A DNA stretch of 64,000 nt from Selaginella moellendorffii. Lineage: Eukaryota; Plantae; Lycopodiophyta. Location: assembly GCF_000143415.4 (NCBI RefSeq), contig NW_003314268.1, forward strand, positions 1,782,672 through 1,846,671, given 5' to 3'. The notes under the pieces were generated by a model. That model was not told where the DNA came from and made no database searches. It saw nothing but the letters and a program-made list of their open reading frames with translations. This document shows, in pieces, positions 48,779-59,785 of this stretch (within the stretch, counting starts at the first letter, position 1; the number at the start of each line of letters is the position of its first letter). A program made the position numbers and the translations under genes.

Positions 48779-51700
48779 TGTAAGCGACTAAATTTTCCAT
48801 TCTACTTTAGTCACTTAACCACACCTCTGACCACTTGGAGGAGTCTCATTCACAACCTCCATAAGTCCAATCCAGGACTTGGGACTTGCTAGCCCCGAGA
48901 ATGGCATCCATGCCACTCAACATTTGCACTTGGTCCAAGTGCTCCACGTGTCCGATCCCATGACCGACACTCAAAGGTACCACCGACATAGCAGCCCGTT
49001 ACGCTAAGGCCATGCCCATTCACCTTTGCCGCACTAGTGGTCCAATACCACTTGCATCACAATCCCGTCTCTCCAAGACTGGGCCATCTATCCACGAGTG
49101 GTCATCCTAGATCCACTCCTTAGCATCCTTAGGATGCCCACAGACCTGGGGAATTGCCTTCCCCAAAGTCCCTTTGTCAGTTCCTACCAAGTCCCTTTTC
49201 TGCCCCTGGCCGTGTTTGCCAACACTGCCACTGGATCGAGGCCCGCAGGCCCGACCACTAAGTCCCATGGTCCTCTGGGACTTCCTCACCACACGACTGT
49301 GTCCTTGGTCGCTACCCCAGAGGATTGCTCCTCTTCCTTTCCACAGTCTAGGCCTTTGGGACAACATTTCGGAACACCGTGGCCTTACGCGAGCCACCTG
49401 GGTACTCTCCTCGCCTTCTGCCCTTGGGTGCTCTAGCCATGGGCTTAGAGCGGGTTCCGTTGAGCCACACCAGGTATCCAAGTAGGTAGTGCCACCCACA
49501 CTTGGACTGGGAGCATCGGCCAGTCGATCTCCCGGGGGAACTAGAGCCGGCTCTTGAACACTTCACCAAGCTACCCCGCTTGTCGGTCTGTGTTCACTCT
49601 AGTCTTGGACTTCCCAGTGGGCAGCTCATCACCCAACACTGGGTGTGGCCTTCCTGGGCCAAACTGGCCTTTTCTGGCCAAACTGGCTCCACTGCAGTCC
49701 TCCCCCTACTATACTTTTGGAGCTCACCAAACCCCCCAGGGTCTGGGAGACGAACGCTTTGGGCTTTCACCCTCTCAGGCTCCGGACTCGGACTCGGACT
49801 CGGACTCGGACTCGGACTCGGACTCGGACTCGGACTCGGACTCGGACTCGGACTCGGACTCGGATTCGGGCTCGGACTCGGGCTCGGGCTCGGTCTCGGC
49901 CTCGGCCTCGGTCTTGGTCCCGGTCTCGGTCTCGGTCTCGGTCCCGGTCTCGGTCTCGACTTCGGACTCCATCTCGGACTCCATCTCGGACTCCATCTCG
50001 GGTCCATCTCGGGTCCATCTCGGACTCCATCTCGGACTCCATCTCGGGTCCATCTCGGACTCCATCTCGGACTCCATTTTGGGTCCATCTCGGGTCCACC
50101 TCGGACTCCATCTCGGACTCCATCTCGGGTCCATCTCGGACTCCACTTCGGACTCCAACTCAGGTCCATCTCGGGTCCACCTCAGACTCCATCTCGGACT
50201 CCATCTCGGACTCCATCTCGGGTCCATCTCGGACTCCACTTCGGACTCCAACTCGGGTCCATCTCAAACTCCATTTCGGACTCCAACTCGGGTCCATCTC
50301 GGACACTCCCACGTGTCATGTGTTGGTCCTTTTGGGTCCCTTTTTGGAGCCTCGCCTTTTGCTCGCTTCGTGCTCGTTCCTCGAGCACTTCGTTGGGAGT
50401 TCCACTCCCGCTCTTGACTTTTCAAGTCGGAGCTTTTGGTCCAAACGTGTTACGCTCGTTTGGCTCTCGCTTCGGCCACTACCATGTGGCGCCCTTCCGG
50501 CTCCACTTTGGGGCCTAGGGATTTTGTGTCTCACAACTCCACCACCCATAGACGAAGTTTGATGTCCTCATTGAACGGTAAACCCTTTCATAAAGTAACA
50601 CCCACACGTGTTACCATTTCCATCCTTGGCACCTAGCCAATCTTTGTCTATGGTTTGACATCAAAGGCTCACCATGCCTTGTCCATCCTTTAAGGAGCGT
50701 AGTCTCTCCAACTTAGAGACTGATTGGACCACATGTAATGGTTCTCTCCTTTTATTGGTTTAGTTCTCGCTAAACCTCTTAGAGACCCTTCTCTAAGTCA
50801 ATCCCACTACTCCTTCTCGAGTAGTCTCAATTTCCATCGATATAACCTTTGCACTTTGGAACTTTGAATTTTGACTTCTTGGAGTCAATTTCCTAGGTGT
50901 CTTCGACACCTTGCCTTGCACCTTTTGTGCAACTCCACTTCCCATCCTAGGAAGTTCTCTACTCGAGGGCACCATCATCCTCTCTTCTATTTCGTGCCAA
51001 AGTTCCAGTTATCATACTTTGTGCTAGGGCTGTTCATGGCCCTATCATTTGGCTACCTTACCGCTCCCTCCCTTGGAGCTTCCACTTTCGCCAAATCGGA
51101 GCATTTCGGAATCCCTCCTTGGAAACACACTTCCTTTCCCGCAACTTGTTAGCGTCCAACACATTAGTGTTCCTCGCCTAACTTTGTCACTTGGATTCCT
51201 TCCAAGGGATTCCACGGCCCTATCTTGGCCACTCATCTTTTGCTCCTATCCGTTGATTGTTGCACCAAGCAACATCGAATCTCTACCTCCCTCCTTGAGG
51301 TATTGTTTCGGTTCCATAGCAAAGACTCTTCTTTGCCAAGTCCGGAGGATGTTCACCCCTAGTACGTCTCTTTAGCATCTTCTGCTATGGGCTCTATCCA
51401 CGGCCCAACTTCGTGACCCTCCCATGGGTCTTTTATAGAGACTACTTTCCTCGGACTCACTATGCCATCGCACGGACATAGTTTATTTCCCTTAGGTGCT
51501 CTTCCCACTTGGTTATCACGACCAAGCCACACCACCTTAAACAGTTCAATTTTAACATTTTGAACTAGGAACTTCATTCCTTAGCCAACCAAGGACCTTG
51601 TCCTTATCTGGCCATAAGATCACCTAGTGATCTCACCTTGGCACCTTAACAGAGTTCCTAAGAGGTACTTGGTTTTCTAGACCTCCAAGTTGTTGACTAT

Positions 51701-54700
51701 AACCCTGGGGGCATCCCCCACACTTGGCGGTGCACCCAAGCTAGCCCTTACGGCCAAGGGTTCATAGCAACTGAGATTAGGTGTCCCTATCTCACTCACC
51801 ACGACCTTGGTGCCACTTGCACCAAAGTGTTCAAGTTAGATATGCTGAGCTTTCACACTAAGCAATCTAACCGTGCATCACGACTCCGAGGCATCCCTCG
51901 CTTGGCAGTGTGCCCAAACCAGTCTCCCCACTGAGAGTCCATGACCACCGAAATATGAGTGTCCTCATATTCCAAACCATCACCACGCCCTAGTGATTTG
52001 GGACTCGAACCCAAGCACTAGAGGGTCGGGACTCGAACCCAACCTCCGTATATGCATCTACGGACGGCATCACACAAGATGCCTGGCGTGACTCCCCATG
52101 CCGGTGCACCAACTTATTTTTAAAGCGCGCTACAGATCACAGCTTAGGAACCTAGTTCCTCCACACTGCCAAGTCCTCTCACTTGACATGTCTGTGATCA
52201 TGCATGGACTCCTCCATGCTCGGCCCCATGGCCCACCCCTTTTGAAGTTATCACCTTCAACTAGGGTATTTGTTCCCCCGACGTGCCAGTCTCGCTTGGC
52301 AAGTCCTCCGACCACTGTAACATGGTTCCTGCATAAGCGTGAAAGTCCTTGACCATCGACTTTCGTTCAAAGCCCTCTCTTTGAACACTCGGGAACTACT
52401 TCCCTAACCTTGATAGCCTTGCCTCATGGCAAGCTTCAAGACCACGCTTTTGCTGCGCCACTCTGATTTCGCGCGTTCCATGAACCATTTACACTTGGCC
52501 TTTCTAGGTACTAAGCTACCTAGAATCGTCTTTGGGAACCTTGAAGGAACTCTGTCCCTCAGCTTGTTAAGGCCTCCCTTTTTGCAAGCCCTCAAAATGC
52601 CACATAGTCTAACATGGACAATTCCATATTTTAGACTCTCCATGGCATCATGGTTGCTAGCGGCAACACCCTCGAGCCCCCACTTGATTCTCCACTCCCA
52701 GCTGGCATAACCAACCTTGGTTATGCCCTTTGATTCCTATGGTTCGGTTCTATCCCCTTACTTCTTGCTTTTTGGCTTCACACCTTTCCTTTGGTCATTC
52801 TCCTCCAAACCAGGAGGATAGCTTTGCACTTTCTATCACGCTTTAGCAAGTATTCTTAGGGATGAACCTACCCAATAGCCTAGGGAGTGGTTCCTCAATC
52901 CGGGTATGCTCACCTTATAATCCCACACACTGGGATTACATTGTTGCTTATGGGCCTTTACAAGCCCATCACTAGCCTCGCCAAAATTCCATTTTTGGCT
53001 TTGTCCAACTCGGGTAGACAGTCCTCTCCTGTCTCCGCAACCTTGGACATTTGGATAGCACCTTCTATCCATCATTCGCTAGGGACTTAGTCCCTTGGGC
53101 TTTATCCATTGCCCTCGCGACATCAAACACCACCTTCTGGTGTTCTAGAGTGTCTAGGTGTCCCAATAATGGCTTTCTTGACAATGAGTATTCCCTTTTA
53201 TGACATTAACTTACTATATCGCAACACAAGCAACTTATCCCCCGTAAGGGTATATCTGACTTCCTTATGCTATTAAGAAGTCTTGGGTAGCTACCTTCTA
53301 CCCGTTTAACCGGTTATTTTGCACCTCTTGCTTAGTTGCCTCATAGTTGTCAAGTCCTACAACTCATTGCTTGGTGCTTTCACACCTCCATCATTATCTG
53401 GGTCACCACACTCCAACTGCATGCTCTACAGCTTAAGCTATGCCATTCCCATTTCCATTGGGATTCCTTTGGCAAGGGGTTCTCATGAACCCACCAACAT
53501 AGCCTCAAGGTATCACACCTTGGCACATTTGGTGTCTCCACACCATTGGCTCCACGAGCCTACCTCTATGACATTTCCCTTTCGTGTCTAAGTCTTTGCC
53601 AAGACCAACACCACTCTTTCTCATGCCAACCATCCGTTAGCACTGCCCCATAGAGGTCACACACAACTTTATGTCAAAGTTTTCTTCTGGGAACACCTTT
53701 CCCATAACTTTAGCATGGCACATTTTGCCATCGATGAGATACCCTCTGTTCTCATCCTTGGATCCTATGATCCCCCCCCATCCTTTGTGGGGTACAACAC
53801 ACCTCAGTCCAAATGCTTCCATCAGTCCTTTTAGGACCATCCCTTGACTCTACTTGAGTCATCCAACAGTTTTGGACTTGGTTAATCCACAGACCCGTAA
53901 GGTCCTACTTGTGAGGCACTAGCTCACTGGAATACACTTCTTGCATTCCTATCCTACTCAAAAGGACTATTTTCACAAGTGTTACTCCAACACTTGATTT
54001 TGTTCTCTGGGGGCAACTTTTGCCCCTTAGGACTACTTGTCCATGTGATGAGAATACCACTCATCTCTAAGTACACCCCCCAACTCCTTGGGTTGTTCCA
54101 GCATTTATTAAAGGTAGCCCCGGCTACCATTTCAAGGACTTGAGTCCTCTTCCGTATTTTGACCTTCCACGGTCATTACCTTTGGTCTCACATTCATGAG
54201 CACCAACCTCAACTATATGAGGATAATCTTGTGACTCCTTTATTGTTTTGGAGTCTCTATCTTTCCCGTGATCCCAACTTTAGTTGTTTACCACAACAAC
54301 GTTAGCCAATTTGCTGAGACAAATGCTCATCCGGATCACATCCTCAACTCAATGAGGAAAACCTTGCACTGTTCCCAAGATCCCAAAGTCGTTCCATTAT
54401 TGGCCCTTTTCTATCCACCACCTTGTCTACAAGTTCACACATGAACTGTAATGGAGAGCCATGTCTTCCCGACCTGCTACTCCTCAAGGATAGGCCCACT
54501 TCTCGGACCTTCCGTTGCCAACACCAGTGGTGATATACTTGAGCACCAATAAAAGTCAGATTAAGGAACAGCTCTGATACCAAGTTGTAAGCGACTAAAT
54601 TTTCCATTCTACTTTAGTCACTTAACCACACCTCTGACCACTTGGAGGAGTCTCATTCACAACCTCCATAAGTCCAATCCAGGACTTGGGACTTGCTAGC

Positions 54701-56422
54701 CCCAAGAATGGCATCCATGCCACTCAACATTTGCACTTGGTCCAAGTGCTCCACGTGTCCGATCCCATGACCGACACTCAAAGGTACCACCGACATAGCA
54801 GCCCGTTACGCTAAGGCCATGCCCATTCACCTTTGCCGCACTAGTGGTCCAATACCACTTGCATCACAATCCCGTCTCTCCAAGACTGGGCCATCTATCC
54901 ACGAGTGGTCATCCTAGATCCACTCCTTAGCATCCTTAGGATGCCCACAGACCTGGGGAATTGCCTTCCCCAAAGTCCCTTTGTCAGTTCCTACCAAGTC
55001 CCTTTTTTGCCCCTGGCCGTGTTTGCTAACACTGCCACTGGATTGAGGCCCGTAGGCCCGACCACTAAGTCCCATGGTCCTCTGGGACTTCCTCACCACA
55101 CGACTGTGTCCTTGGTCGCTACCCCAGAGGACTGCTCCTCTTCCTTTCCACAGTCTAGGCCTTTGGGACAACATTTCGGAACACCCTGGCCTTACGCGAG
55201 CCACCTGGGTACTCTCCTCGCCTTCTGCCCTTGGGTGCTCTAGCCATGGGCTTAGAGCGGGTTCCGTTGAGCCACACCAGGTATCCAAGTAGGTAGTGCC
55301 ACCCACACTTGGACTGGGAGCATTGGCCAGTCGATCTCCCGGGGAAACTAGAGCCGGCTCTTGAACACTTCACCAAGCTACCCCGCTTGTCGGTCTGTGT
55401 TCACTCTAGTCTTGGACTTCCCAGTGGGCAGCTCATCACCCAACACTGGGTGTGGCCTTCCTGGGCCAAACTGGCCTTTTCTGGCCAAACTGGCTCCACT
55501 GCAGTCCTCCCCCTACTATACTTTTGGAGCTCACCAAACCCCCCAGGGTCTGGGAGACGAACGCTTTGGGCTTTCACCCTCTCAGGCTCCGGACTCGGAC
55601 TCGGACTCGGACTCGGACTCGGACTTGGACTCGGATTCGGACTCGGACTCGGGCTCGGGCTCGGTCTCGGCCTCGGCCTCGGTCTCGGTCCCGATCTCGG
55701 TCTCGATCTCGGTCTCGGTCCCGGTCTCGGTCCCGGTCTCGGTCTCGGTCTCGGTCCCGGTCCCGGTCCCGGTCGACTTCGGACTCCATCTCGGACTCCA
55801 TCTCGGGTCCATCTCGGACTCCATCTCGGACTCCATCTCGGGTCCATCTCGGACTCCATCTCGGACTCCATTTCGGGTCCATCTCGGGTCCACCTCGGAC
55901 TCCATCTCGGACTCCATCTCGGACTCCATCTCGGGTCCATCTCGGACTCCACTTCGGACTCCAACTCAGGTCCATCTCGGGTCCACCTCGGACTCCATCT
56001 CGGACTCCATCTCGGGTCCATCTCGGACTCCACTTTGGACTCCAACTCAGGTCCATCTCGGGTCCACCTCGGACTCCATCTCGGACTCTATCTCGGACTC
56101 CATCTCGGGTCCATCTCGGACTCCACTTCGGACTCCAACTCGGGTCCATCTCAGACTCCATTTCGGACTCCAACTCGGGTCCATCTCGGACACTCCCACG
56201 TGTCATGTGTTGGTCCTTTTGGGTCCCTTTTTGGAGCCTCGCCTTTTGCTCGCTTCGTGCTCGTTCCTCGAGCACTTCGTTGGGAGTTCCACTCCCGCTC
56301 TTGACTTTTCAAGTCGGAGCTTTTGGTCCAAACGTGTTACGCTCGTTTGGCTCTCGCTTCGGCCACTACCATGTGGCGCCCTTCCGGCTCCACTTTGGGG
56401 CCTAGGGATTTTGTGTCTCACA
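48779..56422 (-). mobile_element. Complete non-autonomous LTR retrotransposon (LARD-like, family A): 5' LTR 54586-56422, PBS 54571-54582, non-coding internal region, PPT ~50536-50549, 3' LTR 48779-50535
   Basis: Near-identical ~1.8-kb TG..CA LTRs, TGGTATCAGAGC PBS, 5-bp AAAAA TSD, no long ORF or recognisable gag/pol. Confidence 0.93.
49782..50305. repeat. (TCGGAC)n and 11/12-mer (TCCATCTCGGAC/TCCATCTCGGG)n array inside the LTR; second copy ~55589-56190
   Basis: Directly visible; generates the spurious DS/RT/GL ORFs. Confidence 0.95.
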
Positions 56423-56474
56423 AAAAATTAGTCGCTTACATAACATCAGTCCACAACAATAAATCCAACTTGAC

Positions 56475-59400
56475 ATAAGTCTGAAATAGGACTTATGGAG
56501 GTTGTGAGTGAGACTCCTCCAAGTGGTTGGAGGTGTGGTTAAGTGACTAGAGTAGAATGGAAAAATTAGTCGCTTACAACTTGGTATCGGAGCTGTTCCT
56601 TAGTCTGACTTTTATTCGTGTTCAAAGTATATCACCACTAGTGTTGGCATCGGAAGGTCCTCGAAGTGGGCCTATCTATGAGGAGTAGCCAGTCGGGAAG
56701 ACGTGGCTCTCCACTACAGTTTATGTGTGAGCTGGTAGGTGAAGTGGTGGATAGAAAAGGGCCAATAATGGAAGGACTTCAGGATCTTGGGAACAGTATA
56801 AAGTTTTCCTCAAAGAGTTGAGGATGTGATCGAGATGAATGTTTGACTCAGCAAACTAGTTAATGTAGTTGTGGTAAACAACTATAGTTGGGATCAAAGG
56901 AAAAATAAAGACTCCAAAACCATAAAGGAGTCACAAGATTATCTTCATATAATTGAGGTTGATGCTTATGAATTTGAGATCAGAATCAATGACTGTGGAA
57001 GGTCAAATACGGAAGAGGACACAAGTCCTTGAAATGGTAGCCGAGGTTACCCTTGATAAATGCTGGAACAACCCAAGGAGTTTGGGGTGTACTTAGAGGA
57101 TGAGTAGGTATTCTAAGCACATGGATAAGTAGTCCAAAGGGGTAAATGTTGCCCCAGGGAAAAATAGCAAGTGTTGGAATAACACTTATAATGGTGGTCC
57201 TAGTGAGTAGGATATGAATACAAGAAGTTGTATTCCAATGAGCTGGCACCTCAAAAAGTAAAACTTTATAGGTTGGGGGATTAGGAAAAGTCTAAAAGGC
57301 TGAATGACTTAAGGGGAGTCAAGGAATAGTCCTAAAGGACTGATGGAAGCATTTGGACTAAGGTGTGTTGTGCCCCACGGAGGATGGGGAGGATCATAAG
57401 ATCCAAGTATGAGAATAATGGGTATCTCATAGGTGGCAGAATGTGCCATACTAAAGTCATGGAAAGGTGTTCCCAGAAGAAGCAACTTTGGTGCAGAGTT
57501 GTGTGCGAACACTATGGTGTAGTGCTAACGGATAGTTGGCATGAGAAACGACTGGGTTGGTCTTGGCAAAGACCTAGACACAAGTAAGAAGTGTCACAAA
57601 GGTAGGCTCGTGGAGCCGATGGTGTGGAGACACTAAATGTGCCAAAGTGTGATACCTTGAGGTTATGTTAGTGGGTTCATGAGAGCCCCTTACCAAAGGA
57701 ATCCCAATGGAAATGGGAATGGCATAGCCTCAGCTGGAAGGCATACGGTTGGAGTGTGGTGACCCAATTAATGATGGAGGTGTGGAAGCACCAAACAATG
57801 AGTTGTAAGTCTTAACAATTATGAGGCAACTAAGCAAAAAGTGCAAAATAATTAGTTAAACTGGTAGAAGGTAGCTACCCAAGACTTTTTAATGGCATAA
57901 GGAGGTTAGATATACCCTTATGGGTAATAAATTGCTTCTGTTGTGATATAATAAATCAATGTCATAAAAGGGAATGCTCATTGTCTAAGAGGCCATCATT
58001 TGGGACACCCAAACACTCTAGAACACCAAGAGGTGGTGTTTGATGTCGCGAGGGCAATAGATAAGGCATAAGGGACTTAGTCCCTAGCGAATGATGGATA
58101 GAAGGTGCTATCCAAATGTCCAAGGTTGCGGAGACGAGAGAAGACTGTCTACCCGAATTGGACAAAGCCAAAAATGGAATTTTGGCAAGGCTAGTGATGG
58201 GCATGTAAGGACCCATAAGCAACAACATTAATCCCGGTGTATGGGATTATAAGGTGAGCATACCTAGATTGAGGGACCACTCCGTATGCTATCAAGTCAG
58301 TTCATCCCTAAGAATACTTACTAAGATATGATAGAAAGTGCAAAGCTATCCTCCTAGTCTGGAGGAGAATGACCGAAGGAAAGGTGTGAAGCCAAAAGCA
58401 AGTAGTAAGGGGATAGAACCAAACCATAGGAATCGAAGGGCATAACCAAGGGTGGTTATGCCAGTTGGGAGTGGAGAATCAAATGGGGGCTCGAGGGTGT
58501 TATTGCTAGCAACCGTGATGTCATGGAGAGTCTAAAATATGGAATTATCCATGTAGACTATATGGCAACTAGAAAGCTTTCGAAAAGGGAGGCCTTAGCA
58601 AGCTAAGGGACAGAGTTCCTTCGAAATTCCCAAAGACAATTCTAGATAGCTTAGTACCTAGAAAACCAAGCGTAAATGGTTCCTAGAGCGCGCAAAATTA
58701 GAGTGGTGCAGTAGAAGCGTGGTCTTGAAGTTGGCCATGAGGCAAGGCTATCAAGGTTGGGGAAGTAGTTCCCGAGTGTTCAAAGAGAGAGCTTTGAATG
58801 AAAGTCGATAGTTAAAAACTTTCACGCTTATGTATGAACCATGTTACGGTGGCCAGATGACTTGCTAAGTGAGATTGGCAAGTCAGGGGGACAAATCCCC
58901 TAGTTGAAGGTGCTAACTTCAAAAGGGGTGGCCCATGGGGCCGAGCATGGAGTAGTCCATGCATGATCACAGACTAGTCAAGTGAGAGGACTTGGCAGTG
59001 CAGAGGAACTAGGTTCCTAAGCTATGATCTATAGAGCGCTTTGACTATAAGTTGGTGCACTGGCATGGGGAGTCACGCCAGACATCTTGGATGATGCCTT
59101 CCGTAGATGCATATACGGAGGTTGGGTTCGAGTCCCGACCCTCTAGTGCTTGGGTTCGAGTCCCAAATCACTAGGGCGTGGTGATGGTTTGGAATATGAG
59201 GACACTCATATTTCGGTGGTCATGGACTCTCAATGAGGAGATTGGCTTGGGCATACCACCAAGCGGGGGATGCCCCGGAGTCATGATGCACAGTTAGATT
59301 GCTTAGAGTGAAAACTCGGCATATCTAACTTGAACACTTTGGTGCAAAGGGCACCAAGGATGGGGTGAATGAGATGGGGACACCCAGTCTCAGTTGCTAT

Positions 59401-59785
59401 GGATCCCTGGCCGGAAGGGCTGGCTTGGGCACACTACCAAGTGTGGGGGATGCCCCCGGGGTCATAGTCAACAACTTAGAAGGGTCTGGAAGATCTAGTT
59501 CATATTGGTAGACCTATTAAAGGGTCAAGATGAGATCACTATGTGATCTTGTGGCTAAATAAGGACAAGGTCTTTGTTTGGGTTAAGGAATATGATTCCT
59601 AGTTCAAAGTGTTAATTTAAACTATTGATAATAGTGTGGCTTAGTCAAGGGGACGAAGTGGGAAGAACACCTAAGGGAAATATGCTATGTCAATGCTATG
59701 GCATAGTAAGTCCAAGGAAAGCAGTTTCTATAAGAGATCCAAAGGAGGGTTTCAAAAGTTGGGCCGTGGATAGAGCCCACGGCAT
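56475..59785 (+). mobile_element. Second, older family A copy: LTR tip (to 56578), PBS 56582-56593 and internal region, interrupted by the chromovirus
   Basis: Reverse-complement homology to ~51390-54585; TGGTATCGGAGC. Confidence 0.9.

Noticed and set aside
49502-50562. Long ORFs in several frames (GLGL, DSDS, RTRT, SPSP), also at 55309-56431, 32640-33054 and 38071-38443
   Set aside because: Artefacts of stop-free hexamer/12-mer repeats inside LTRs
59100-59180. Functional tRNA gene
   Set aside because: T-arm-like motifs only; no convincing acceptor stem or D-arm
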